This document shows positions 39,902 through 49,853 of a stretch of DNA of 60,677 bases, in pieces. The DNA is from an uncultured Thermoplasmata archaeon (lineage in GTDB: Archaea > Thermoplasmatota > Thermoplasmata > Halarchaeoplasmatales > Halarchaeoplasmataceae): contig CAZAMQ010000003.1 in NCBI GenBank assembly GCA_964486225.1, forward strand, positions 1 to 60,677, in the 5' to 3' direction. Numbering within the stretch: position 1 is the stretch's first letter; the number at the start of each line of letters is the position of its first letter. The position numbers and the translations under genes were made by a program. The notes under the pieces were generated by a model. It was not told the origin of the DNA and did not search any database. It saw only the letters and a program-made list of their open reading frames with translations.

Positions 39902-40806
39902 AGACAGGTCATTATGACTTCGGTGAACTCAATGTCGCAGGAGCAGTTAGGGGCGTCAGGACCGTAGGCGGATTCGTCGGTCTCAACAACGGCACGATAT
40001 TGAACTGCTATTCCACGGGATCGGTGGAGTATGATGGCGAGAGTGATCCTGAAGACAAAGGATTTGCAGGGGAATACGACACCATATGTGGTCACGATAT
40101 GATCGGCAGTTTCTGGGACGTTGAAACAAGTGGGCAGAGCAGCACTTCGGGCAATCCAACCGGAAAAAGCACGGAGGAGATGAAGACACAGAGCACCTTC
40201 ACCGATGCATTCTGGGACTTCGATTATGTCTGGCATATGATCGAACGTGTTACATATCCGCTGTTGCAGTGGCAGCCTCTACCGGAAGAAGCTTCCGTTG
40301 TTATAGATCTATACGCCTACCTAGAGAGCGATGGATGGAACTTTGTGTCCTTTAACATCAATTTGGCGGATACATCTCCGGAGAGCATACTCGCTGACAT
40401 AGACGGTTCCTATGACCGGTTGATGTATTACGATGCATCAGCTGACCATTGGAAAAGCTATGTTTCGGGAAGAGCCGGGCACTTCAACAATTTGGATATA
40501 TGGGACCATACCATGGGTGTATGGATTCGGATGACTGAGGATGCTACGCTGACGGTAGAAGGATACGTGCCCGGTAGTACTGATATCACACTTTATCCCG
40601 GCTGGAACATGGTGGGGCTGCCCAGTGCGAGAGCGGGAAATCACGGCTTACCAACAAAGGTTAACCGGATAGGTTACTTCGACACTGTTCAGGAGTACAA
40701 CGTCGCGTACGACTACGAACCCTGGAATTACACCTTCGAGCCCGGTAATGGTTATTGGATATATCTTGCCCACACGGCATCCGTGATTTGGACCGCGGAC
40801 TACTGA
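39902..40806 (+). pseudogene. 3' fragment of a GLUG-repeat surface protein
   Basis: The frame upstream of the TTG reads VGGFVGLNNGTILNCYSTGSV (GLUG-like); SFWDVETSGQ and GWNFVS/GWNMVG repeats; no signal peptide. Confidence 0.7.
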
Positions 40807-40873
40807 GAGGTAGGCTCCTAGTACCGTGTTAATTGCCTGAAGTTGCCTACCGGTAGTCCATTTCCCGTTATGA

Positions 40874-41449
40874 TCAGATATCCAGGCGTCTCAATATCTG
40901 CTGTACTTTGGTGGGATACCTTTTCAAGTAATCAGTGAGCCTTCCTTTATCTAAGTCCATGAGATACATATCATCCGCTAAGGACAGCAACGCCCGGGTA
41001 TCCAGCTCGTTGGTTTTTACGTACCTGATGTACAGCAGGTCCAGGAGTGCTTTTTCACTGTATGTGATCAGCACGGAATCGTGCTTTTCGTATTCGAAAA
41101 AAAGGGATTTTTTTACCTGGTGATACTCGAACTCTCCATCTCCGTAAGAATAGGGCTTTTTTGTGGTGACGAGAGTCAAGGTATAAACGATCTGGCTGAG
41201 GATATCGTTTTTTGAAAGAACGTACTCCATGGAAAGGTAAGAAGGGTAACGTATCACCATAGCGACCTCTTGCGGGCCAGGAGGATTGAAAGGGTTCTCG
41301 TACCAAGCTTTAACGACTCTTTTAACAACATCGGAATCCACTCGCCTGCTCAACTGTACGGAAAGAGAGTTTTTGTTTTCATCCGTTAACAGGAGCATAT
41401 TAGAGAAGGAGAACAGGCTTTTTTCTTTATGTTCTTTGAAAAAATTCAA
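40874..41449 (-). CDS. AbiEi-like (type IV TA) antitoxin, orphan and possibly degraded
   Basis: PSYLSMEY.LS, TLVTT, EKALLDLLY; no AbiEii gene follows. Confidence 0.75.
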   Translation of the reverse strand: MNFFKEHKEKSLFSFSNMLLLTDENKNSLSVQLSRRVDSDVVKRVVKAWYENPFNPPGPQEVAMVIRYPSYLSMEYVLSKNDILSQIVYTLTLVTTKKPYSYGDGEFEYHQVKKSLFFEYEKHDSVLITYSEKALLDLLYIRYVKTNELDTRALLSLADDMYLMDLDKGRLTDYLKRYPTKVQQILRRLDI

Positions 41450-41592
41450 CCACTCTTCTAACTACGAACCAGCGAACTATACTTTCTATCCAGGCAAGGG
41501 TTAGTGGGTGTTTTTCGGAACCGTGTTTTCGACCTCTTAGGAAAAACCAACTTTCCTAAAACTTGCAAACACATTTAGGAGATAAATGAGGA

Positions 41593-41913
41593 TTATACTA
41601 CCTTATTTCTACCTTCTTCTATCTTACTTTTGATATCTTTAATCTCCTGTTCATTAAAATCCAGTTTGATTGCTATATCCCTCAACTGTTCTCTCCAATC
41701 GGGCTCAGAATAATCCAATTTTATTACCTTTGAAATAAAAGGTAGAGTGATGTTTACCCCTGGAGATAACGACGTTTGATACACTCCGAGTTTTGTATAA
41801 AATCCAATTTCACAGGGATGTATTATATGAAAAGCAGTCTTTCCGGCTATCAACGAATACACTACGATTATAATCGTCAAAATCAAAACAAATCTTAATT
41901 CGGTCATTTGCAT
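41593..41913 (-). CDS. Short membrane protein with the N-terminal part of an SPFH domain
   Basis: TM helix followed by II.P.EIG..TKLG.YQ..LSPG.....PFI; only 106 aa. Confidence 0.65.
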   Translation of the reverse strand: MQMTELRFVLILTIIIVVYSLIAGKTAFHIIHPCEIGFYTKLGVYQTSLSPGVNITLPFISKVIKLDYSEPDWREQLRDIAIKLDFNEQEIKDIKSKIEEGRNKVV

Positions 41914-42046
41914 CGCTCAAACCGATTATGCATAATACAGTATAAATATTTTACTTCGTAATTTTTCATACTCCCTCGTTTCCACCTTTGAAAGATTCAA
42001 AGGTATCGGAAAGATTAATCAAACACCCACTCTGTAAGGCAAAACT

Positions 42047-42673
42047 ATGAGTGTTCAGGAATGTCCCCTGTGCGGAGATCATGGAGAACTATTCTACAAG
42101 GAAGTGTTTTTCAGGTGTGATACGTGTAAAGCTGTCTTCCGTTCAAAAAGACCAAGTGCAGATGAAGAAAGAGCACGGTATGAGGCACATGACAACGATG
42201 TTAACGATAGAAACTACCAGTCTTTCGTCGCACCCATCTCCGGGGCAGTCAAAACAAACTTCACGCCGGAACACAGAGGTCTGGATTTCGGAGCTGGTAC
42301 GGGACCGGTGATCTCCAAGATACTGCACGACGCCGGTTACGATATCCAACAGTACGACCCCTTCTTTCACGATGATCTGGAGTTACTGAAACAACGCTAT
42401 CACTACATAGTATGCTGTGAGGTGATGGAACATTTTCACGACCCCTACAAAGAGTTCAAGTTACTAAAGAAACTACTGCTTCCGGGAGGACATCTGTACT
42501 GTATGACCTATCTATACCGAGACGATATCGATTTTCATACATGGGGTTATAAAAGGGACTTCACACACATCTTTTTCTACCAAAAAGAAACGTTGGAATG
42601 GATAAAAGAACGGTTCGGATTCTCAGAACTGAAGATAGAAAACAGGTTGATAGACTACCTATGCGGAGTATGA
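42047..42673 (+). CDS. Class I SAM-dependent methyltransferase with N-terminal Zn ribbon
   Basis: CPLC..CDTC, GLDFGAGTGP, YDPFF, EVMEHF. Confidence 0.9.
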   Translation: MSVQECPLCGDHGELFYKEVFFRCDTCKAVFRSKRPSADEERARYEAHDNDVNDRNYQSFVAPISGAVKTNFTPEHRGLDFGAGTGPVISKILHDAGYDIQQYDPFFHDDLELLKQRYHYIVCCEVMEHFHDPYKEFKLLKKLLLPGGHLYCMTYLYRDDIDFHTWGYKRDFTHIFFYQKETLEWIKERFGFSELKIENRLIDYLCGV

Positions 42674-42878
42674 TAACTGACATATCTCTCTAGGTTGTAC
42701 AATATCACACCCAACAAGTCCCGTCAGCGGTATCAACCCTGCAAGTATAGCGATCATATCCGTAATCATATTATCAGAAGATTATACATATCCTGGACAT
42801 ATAAATATTATTTTCCTCATACACATTCATAGGGGCCATGAATCTAGTAAGATCGCAGCTGAAACGGCACTCTAGTGA

Positions 42879-43340
42879 CTATTCGTCCTTTGACCGAACC
42901 ACGGCAACGGTGGATTTGGTGTGCTTCAATACCCTGTCAGTGGTACTTCCCAGGAAGAGCGAAGACCAACCGGAGTGTCCGTGGGATGATATATAGATTA
43001 TGTCGCTATCATCCGCTGCTTTGGTTATCTCGTCGTAGGGTATGCCGCCCACCAATTTCGTCTTGATATTGACTCCAAGGGCATCGGCTTTTTGCTTTAC
43101 CTTCTTCAATATCTCTTTTCCCCTCTTTTCGAATCCTTCAATGATCAGCTCTTGGGTTTCTACCGCTGCGTCAGCCAGGCCGTATTCAATCAATCCCGGT
43201 GTATATCTGGTGGGCTTCAATACGTGTATAGCAATCACCGGTATTCCAAGCGCTTTAGCCACCTTCAATCCCTCATTGACTCCGATGAATGATAACTCGG
43301 AGCCATCCGTAGGTAATATCATCTTTTCGTACATGATCAT
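42879..43340 (-). CDS. Universal stress protein
   Basis: ILPTDGS, SHGHSG...LGSTTDRV. Confidence 0.93.
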   Translation of the reverse strand: MIMYEKMILPTDGSELSFIGVNEGLKVAKALGIPVIAIHVLKPTRYTPGLIEYGLADAAVETQELIIEGFEKRGKEILKKVKQKADALGVNIKTKLVGGIPYDEITKAADDSDIIYISSHGHSGWSSLFLGSTTDRVLKHTKSTVAVVRSKDE

Positions 43341-43482
43341 AATATGGTTATTGTTCAATGTAAAACTTTCGGCCGGGCATACGAGAGTATGTTCACAATA
43401 TAATAGGATGAACGAACCGGCTGTAAGGAGCATCAATAGTTTTTTTATCTACAGGCTCTATGAGTTCAGAAAGTGATGAAAT

Positions 43483-44709
43483 ATGCTGGAGCCGGACGTT
43501 TACGACATAATCTTATTGGCCGCAGGGGTGCTTGTACTGGTTTCCGCACTGCTGCCGCGTTTACTTGAAAAGCGGCTGATAACCGCACCGATATTTTATC
43601 TGCTGATATCAGTTATCGCCTTCGGTTTTTTCATAGATATACCCATATCGCATATCGCTGAAGATCCTTACTGGCCCAAACGCATAACGGAATTGGGTGT
43701 GATAATCAGTCTTACCGCTGTCGGGTTGAAGATAAATCGACCGTTTGCGAAGGAAACTTGGAGTATCTCATCCAGGCTGTTGATCATCACCATGCCTGTG
43801 ACCATAGCCCTGATGGCTCTCATGGGTTGGTGGTTTCTAGGATTTATACCGGCCACGGCGGTCTTGCTCGGGGCGGTGATAGCCCCAACGGATCCTGTGT
43901 TGGCAGATCAAGTTCAGACAACACCACCGGGGGAAGAAGATGAGTTAGCGACAAGGGTTGCTCTGACCACAGAAGCCGGGCTCAACGATGGCTTTGCCTT
44001 TCCATTCACAAACATGGCAATCGCCATGGCATTCGCCGGTGCCGCACCCGCCGGATGGTTCATGGATTGGTTCATGCTGGATTTACTCTACAAGGTGATC
44101 ATGGGCGGATTCGTGGGTTTTGCCATGGGATGGCTGTTGTCTAAATTTTTATATTCTTCACCGATATTTAATTTACCAAAACCTTGCGTAGGGATAATAT
44201 CAATAAGCCTGACATTGGTACCCTACGGTGCGGCGGAACTGCTGAACAGCTACGGATTCATCGCGGTTTTCGTGGCTGCATGCACGTTCAGGCATCAAGA
44301 GGTAGAACACGAATACCTACCGATATTGCACGACTTTTCCAAGGAGCTGGAACAGATACTCGTGTTGATGGTTTTCGTACTCCTCGGTATGTATCTCGTA
44401 GGCGGCTTCGTTCAGGATTTTAGATGGTACATGATACCAGCGGCGCTAGCGACGATATTTGTGATACGACCGGTATCTTCCATGATCGCTATCGCTGATA
44501 TGGGTCTTCCCATCAAGAATAAGTTGGCCGTTTCTTTCTTCGGGATCCGTGGTGTTGGCTCGGTATATTATCTGATGTATGCACTGTACCACGCTGAATT
44601 CCAAGGTGCGGGGGAGCTGACCGCTTTGGTCACGGTGATCATAATACTCTCGGTACTCATACATGGTTTATTGGCGGGACCGGCAATGGAATGGGTGGAG
44701 GCAGATTGA
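43483..44709 (+). CDS. CPA1/NhaP-type cation:proton antiporter
   Basis: APTDPVLA, EAGLNDG, FFGIRGVGS; many TM helices. Confidence 0.92.
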   Translation: MLEPDVYDIILLAAGVLVLVSALLPRLLEKRLITAPIFYLLISVIAFGFFIDIPISHIAEDPYWPKRITELGVIISLTAVGLKINRPFAKETWSISSRLLIITMPVTIALMALMGWWFLGFIPATAVLLGAVIAPTDPVLADQVQTTPPGEEDELATRVALTTEAGLNDGFAFPFTNMAIAMAFAGAAPAGWFMDWFMLDLLYKVIMGGFVGFAMGWLLSKFLYSSPIFNLPKPCVGIISISLTLVPYGAAELLNSYGFIAVFVAACTFRHQEVEHEYLPILHDFSKELEQILVLMVFVLLGMYLVGGFVQDFRWYMIPAALATIFVIRPVSSMIAIADMGLPIKNKLAVSFFGIRGVGSVYYLMYALYHAEFQGAGELTALVTVIIILSVLIHGLLAGPAMEWVEAD

Positions 44710-44843
44710 CGAAATGCTTTTATTACCATGGACTGTAAAACCCTAGACGATATCCTGGAAGATCTAAGAGATGAGAAGGATAAAGCTTGAATGGTGTGAA
44801 CACCGCGCCAGAACAAAACCAAAAGAAGATGGAAGTTGAATCT

Positions 44844-45473
44844 ATGAAGATAAGCGCCGTCATCCCGGCCTACAACGAGAAAAAAAGAATACATAAGGTT
44901 CTGGAGGAAACAGAGCCGTATGTTGACGAGATCATAGTGATAGACGACCATTCGAAAGAGATGATAAAGCACGACAAAGCAAGGGTTTTGAGGAACGAAA
45001 AGAACCTGGGTTACATACGGTCCATAAAGAGGGGGTTCGAAGAAGCAGAAGGGGACATAATAGTAACACTGGATGCAGACGGCGAACACGATCCAAGATT
45101 TATCCCACTACTAGTGAAGCCTATTTTAGAGGGCAGAGCAGAAGTAGTATTCGGAAAACGAAATTATATACCAAGGCTCTCCGAGAGGTTGATATCAAAG
45201 ATGGTAAAACGAAGGGTCGGTGCAGAAGATACCGGGACCGGCTTCAGAGCTGTAAAGAGAGATATTGCTGTAGAACTGAAATTGAAGGGAAAATGCACCT
45301 GCGGTATATTCGCTCTAGAAGCGCATCAACGAGGTGCAAGGATCACCGAGGTGTCGGCCCCTACCAGGGAAACGGATAAACCAAGGGGTATTGCATGGGA
45401 TCACTTCGCACAGATATTCATGGTACTGAGGCTGTGTAGTCCCGAAAGTATTTCCCACCTTAGGAAATATTGA
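44844..45473 (+). CDS. Glycosyltransferase family 2; its 3' end is supplied by the IS481 left end
   Basis: VIPAYNE, IDDHS, LDADGEH; codons from 45433 onward lie inside the IS. Confidence 0.88.
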   Translation: MKISAVIPAYNEKKRIHKVLEETEPYVDEIIVIDDHSKEMIKHDKARVLRNEKNLGYIRSIKRGFEEAEGDIIVTLDADGEHDPRFIPLLVKPILEGRAEVVFGKRNYIPRLSERLISKMVKRRVGAEDTGTGFRAVKRDIAVELKLKGKCTCGIFALEAHQRGARITEVSAPTRETDKPRGIAWDHFAQIFMVLRLCSPESISHLRKY

Positions 45474-46567
45474 GAAATCACGGTATGTTTCGGGACTAAT
45501 GAAGCTGAACAAGAGGAAGATACGATATATCCTACGAGAGAAAAAGAAAGGGACTTCCTCACGAATACTGGGGATAAGAATGAAGGTAAGCAAAAGAAGG
45601 ATAAACCAGATCTGGAAAGAATATAGAGATACCGGTGTAGAGCCAGTCGTTGGGAAAAAAATGGGACGACCTCCAGTACCATTGACATCTGAAGAAGAAA
45701 GGATCGTTAAGGAAGCATATGAGATGTATCGTTTTGGAGCAAGGATGCTCGAACCGATTATCCGTAAGGAATGGCATTATGTTATCTCGCATAACAGGAT
45801 CCACAAATATCTGTTGAAGTTGGGATATGCTAAAGAGAATGTTAAAAAGAAGAAACGACGACGTTGGGTAAGATACGAACGTCAACATTCTCTCTCTGCA
45901 GGACATATCGATTGGCATGAGAAAGGGGTAAACAACACAGATGTCTGTGTAATAATCGATGATTCATCCAGAAAGATATTGGCAGGTGGTGAATTCGATG
46001 CTTGTAACACTGAGAATAGTAAGAAAGTAGTTGATCAAGTGGTAGAAGAGTACTCTCATATAAGGCCGATGAGAGAGCTAATCATGGATCGAGGTAGTGA
46101 ATTCGGGGCACATCGTACGGATGAAAAGGGTGATTGGGATGGAGAATTCAAACGCCACCTTGAAGCTCAAGGTATCCATCCGATCAGGATAAGGAGACAA
46201 CATCCACAATCCAGAGGAAGCTGAGCCTCCTCTTCTCATCATCCACAGGTGATGAAGCAACAGGAAGATTGAGAAATGGTTCGATTGTTATCGGATAAAT
46301 CGGAACCATTTCAACTCCTTTGATGAATTCGTTGAATGGTACAATAATCGACCACACGGCAGCCTCAATACGATCGATTAGAAACGTAGGAATCAGAAAT
46401 TCCTTCTCTCACACAGGCGTGGCCTTCGTGAAACACCTGAACAAGCCTTCTGGAGGAGACTACCTGACGGTACGATATTAGGCATGGAATCTAGACTGTT
46501 CGGTTGGTGAAAACATGATTGAAAATCTAAAAGATGATGTAGTGGGAAAAACTTATAGGACTACACA
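45433..46567 (+). mobile_element. IS481-family insertion sequence, 1135 bp, inactivated
   Basis: TGT...ACA ends; 26-bp TIRs TGTGTAGTCCCGAAAGTATTTCCCAC and reverse complement TGTGTAGTCCTATAAGTTTTTCCCAC (4 mismatches); no clear TSD. Confidence 0.88.
45499..46510 (+). pseudogene. IS481/rve transposase broken by a frameshift/insertion and an internal stop
   Basis: HIDW, IDDSSR, DRGSEF, HPQ, then after a frame change IEKWF..WYNNRPHGSL (TAG 46379-81) ..ETPEQAF. Confidence 0.88.
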
Positions 46568-46620
46568 GAAACTGAACTCTTACCGAAAAACTGTTATAAT
46601 CTTTACTCGTAGCAAAGCTC

Positions 46621-47007
46621 ATGCACGAGTACTCCATTATGTCTAGTATGGTTAGTGCACTCCTGGACGAGGTAAAGGGAAAGAAAATACAAAAGATCAA
46701 GTCCGTCCACGTCGAGGTGGGTGAGTTGACATTTTTAAACCCCGACTCCCTTGATTTCGCCTTCGGTATACTGGCTGTAGACACTATACTGGAGGGTGCA
46801 GCACTGGAAGTCGATGAAATAAAAGCCTCTATACGATGTGAAAAATGTGGTTACACCGGTTCGGTAAGTTATACCAACGACCCTGCATTCCATTTCAATA
46901 TACCCGTAATCACCTGCCCGGAATGCAATGGCAGACCAGAGATAGTAAAGGGAAAAGAGATAGTGATCACCAGTATCAGAGCTGAAGAGGTAGAAGATGA
47001 AGGCTGA
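46621..47007 (+). CDS. hypA: Hydrogenase maturation nickel chaperone HypA
   Basis: MHEYS N-terminus; CEKC..CPEC. Confidence 0.95.
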   Translation: MHEYSIMSSMVSALLDEVKGKKIQKIKSVHVEVGELTFLNPDSLDFAFGILAVDTILEGAALEVDEIKASIRCEKCGYTGSVSYTNDPAFHFNIPVITCPECNGRPEIVKGKEIVITSIRAEEVEDEG

Positions 47008-48091
47008 TGTGGAACAATTCCGATTCAGAGATCATAAAATGGCGAACAAGGTGATCAACAAGTTGAGGAGATTGGACCTTAACATTACGATCATGCATGT
47101 TTGCGGTACCCATCAAGACACCCTTGTAAAGTACGGCTTGGAGGGGATGCTCAAGGAGGTGGGTATTACCATAAGGCAGGGTCCCGGATGCCCCGTGTGT
47201 GTAACCACCCCCGGTGAGATCCAGGAGATACTGACTCTGGCGGAAGAAGATATAACCATAACGGCCTTCGGAGACATGATAAAGGTTTCGGGACACGATT
47301 CATCGTTGATGGAAGCAAAGAGCGAAGGTGCCGATGTAAGGATAGTTTACAGCATAGACGATGCGGTTCAGATCGCACGGAAGAATGACAAAGAAACTGT
47401 CTTCATGTCCGTAGGTTTCGAGACGACGTCACCGTCAACCGCTTCGGTGATAGTCAAGGGAGCACCTGATAACTTCTCGATCCTAACATGCAATAGAGTG
47501 GTACCTCCTGCTCTCGAAGCCATACTAAATATGGGGGAAGTCAAGCTCGACGGACTCATAGAACCGGGACACGTGAGTACCATAATAGGGAGCGCACCTT
47601 ACGAGCACATTTCACAAAGATACATCATACCTCAGGTGATAGCCGGTTTTGAACCACTCGATCTGCTCATGGGCATACTGATGCTGGCACGACAGGTACA
47701 TGAGGGAAGAGCGGTAGTGGAGAACGAATACAGTAGGATAGTGAGAGCCGAAGGAAATACTAAGGCATTGGAGATCATGGAACGTGTTTTCGAACCCGTT
47801 GATGTTAAGTGGAGAGGCTTCCCCGTGATACCTGCATCCGGGCAGGCCCTAAAAGCAGATTACCATGAGTACGACGCACGCAATAAATTCGAAGATGTAT
47901 TGGAAAATATACGTGAGATGGAATTCACGGAACCGGAAGGCTGTCTCTGCGGAGAGGTACTCCGTGGAGTGATCGATTCCAGCGAATGCCCGTTGTTCGG
48001 AAAGGAATGCACGCCTCTAAATCCAGTGGGGCCCTGCATGGTGAGCAATGAAGGAAGCTGCAACATAGAGTATAGATACAGAAAGGATTAG
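46997..48091 (+). CDS. hypD: Hydrogenase maturation protein HypD
   Basis: VCGTH, GPGCPVC, GFETT, PGHVS, GPCMVSNEGSC. Confidence 0.97.
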   Translation: MKADVEQFRFRDHKMANKVINKLRRLDLNITIMHVCGTHQDTLVKYGLEGMLKEVGITIRQGPGCPVCVTTPGEIQEILTLAEEDITITAFGDMIKVSGHDSSLMEAKSEGADVRIVYSIDDAVQIARKNDKETVFMSVGFETTSPSTASVIVKGAPDNFSILTCNRVVPPALEAILNMGEVKLDGLIEPGHVSTIIGSAPYEHISQRYIIPQVIAGFEPLDLLMGILMLARQVHEGRAVVENEYSRIVRAEGNTKALEIMERVFEPVDVKWRGFPVIPASGQALKADYHEYDARNKFEDVLENIREMEFTEPEGCLCGEVLRGVIDSSECPLFGKECTPLNPVGPCMVSNEGSCNIEYRYRKD

Positions 48092-48161
48092 TGTGATCCA
48101 ATCAACATAAGGGGGCGATAACTTTTTATCATTTATCACGAGATGAAGCACCATAGGTACT

Positions 48162-49259
48162 ATGGCCCCCGATATAGCAGAAGAGATAGAGGAACTGGAA
48201 AAGGAGATAAGGGAGACCCCTTACAACAAGGCCACACAGTTTCATATAGGTAAATTGAAGGCAAAGCTTTCCAAGCTGAAAGATAAACAGGAAAGGCGGG
48301 GGAAGGGGACCTCTTCGGGTGGCGGCTATGGTGTGAGGAAGGAGGGCGACGCAACCGTGGGCCTTGTGGGTTATCCCAGTGTGGGCAAGAGTACGCTTCT
48401 TAACGAGTTGACCAACGCGAAGAGCGAGGTCGCCGAGTATCATTTTACCACACTGGACGTTATCCCCGGTATAATGCATTACGAGGGGGCCGAGATCCAG
48501 ATACTTGACCTCCCCGGCCTCGTCAAGGGCGCCGCCGCAGGAAAGGGTAGGGGTCGAGAGGTTCTTTCCGTCATAAGGGTGGTGGACCTCATCATCATGA
48601 TGGGCGACTTTCTGCGCAAGGACATAGATACCATGATGGAGGAACTGGAGGCAATGGGTATTAGGTTGAATAAAGAACCCCCGGACATCGTCATAAACAA
48701 ACGGGACAGAGGAGGTATCGACGTGGCGAGTACTGTGGAACTCACCGATCTGGAATATGATACCATAAAGGAGGTGATGAGGATTTACGGATACATCAAC
48801 GCATCCATAATCATACGGGACGATATAACGGTTGACGTACTCATCGACCATCTAAGGGGTAATCGTGTTTACATACCGGCGTTCTCGGTGATCAACAAGG
48901 TGGATTCACTTCACGACAAGGAGTTAACCGAACTCAAGGAAGAGTTGAGAGTTTGGGAACCGATCTTCATATCGGTCAAGGAAGGATACGGAATAGATCG
49001 CTTGAAACAACGTATCTTCGACTCACTTGACTTCATGAGAATCTATCTCAGGCCACAGGGTGAGAAGGGCGACGACGAGCCGTTGATAGTTAAACGTGGT
49101 GCTACGGTGAAAGATATCTGCGTCAAGCTGCACAGCGATTTTAAAGAAAGGTTCAGATACGCCCGTATTTGGGGGCCGTCCTCAAGGTTCCCCCAGCAGC
49201 AGGTGGGCCTGGATCATGTATTAGAGGAAGGAGACACCGTTAGGATCATAATCAGATAG
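48162..49259 (+). CDS. DRG/Rbg1 OBG-family GTPase with TGS domain
   Basis: GYPSVGKS, FTTL, DLPG, NKVD, C-terminal TGS. Confidence 0.95.
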   Translation: MAPDIAEEIEELEKEIRETPYNKATQFHIGKLKAKLSKLKDKQERRGKGTSSGGGYGVRKEGDATVGLVGYPSVGKSTLLNELTNAKSEVAEYHFTTLDVIPGIMHYEGAEIQILDLPGLVKGAAAGKGRGREVLSVIRVVDLIIMMGDFLRKDIDTMMEELEAMGIRLNKEPPDIVINKRDRGGIDVASTVELTDLEYDTIKEVMRIYGYINASIIIRDDITVDVLIDHLRGNRVYIPAFSVINKVDSLHDKELTELKEELRVWEPIFISVKEGYGIDRLKQRIFDSLDFMRIYLRPQGEKGDDEPLIVKRGATVKDICVKLHSDFKERFRYARIWGPSSRFPQQQVGLDHVLEEGDTVRIIIR

Positions 49260-49297
49260 CAAAGGGTTTAAATGCAAGTGTAAAAACTTTGATAGTA

Positions 49298-49840
49298 ATG
49301 AGAGAAATCATCTCTAAGGCCGTCAGTTCGGGTCTGGACTTCACCCGTAGGGGAGCCCTGAAATCTTTCTTGGCAAAAATCGATGTCGAACAGGATACCT
49401 ATGATATGGTATATACTACGATTAAAAATATGTCCTTCGAGAAGGATTTTTGCAAGATACCTTATAACAACAGAATAGTGTTTCTACCACAATGCCTAAG
49501 GAACATAAATGAATGCCCCGCCGAGATGACCAAGGAAGGATACCGTTGTAAAAAGTGCGGTAAATGTTCCATCGGAGAGATATTCACACTTGCGGAAGAA
49601 TTGGGGTATAAAGGGATATACATAGTTCCCGGTAGCAGCCTCGTAAGAAATATAGTCGAGAGAGACAGACCTAAAGCCGTCGTCGGCGTTGCCTGTTATC
49701 TAGAACTCGCAGAGACCATGGAACATGTTGCACTTCTGGATACCATACCTCAAGGCATACCTCTGCTAAAGGACGGATGCGTTGACACCGTTGCGGACAT
49801 GGATAAGGTAAAAAAGATAATGAAAATGTACCGTAAGTAG
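49298..49840 (+). CDS. DUF116 Cys-rich protein
   Basis: FLPQCLR..CPA..CKKCGKC, PGSS, GVAC, DGCVDT. Confidence 0.88.
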   Translation: MREIISKAVSSGLDFTRRGALKSFLAKIDVEQDTYDMVYTTIKNMSFEKDFCKIPYNNRIVFLPQCLRNINECPAEMTKEGYRCKKCGKCSIGEIFTLAEELGYKGIYIVPGSSLVRNIVERDRPKAVVGVACYLELAETMEHVALLDTIPQGIPLLKDGCVDTVADMDKVKKIMKMYRK

Positions 49841-49853
49841 AGGTAAAAATTAC

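Noticed and set aside
42659..42769. 36-aa minus-strand ORF with lipobox-like LVGC
   Set aside because: No SD or basic n-region, and it overlaps the methyltransferase end.
44728..44790. 20-aa ORF MDCKTLDDILEDLRDEKDKA
   Set aside because: No SD and followed by further in-frame stops; at most a gene remnant.
48129..48851. 240-aa antisense ORF and other long shadow ORFs (e.g. 38474-39253, 14004-14642)
   Set aside because: They lie opposite well-supported genes and have no motifs.
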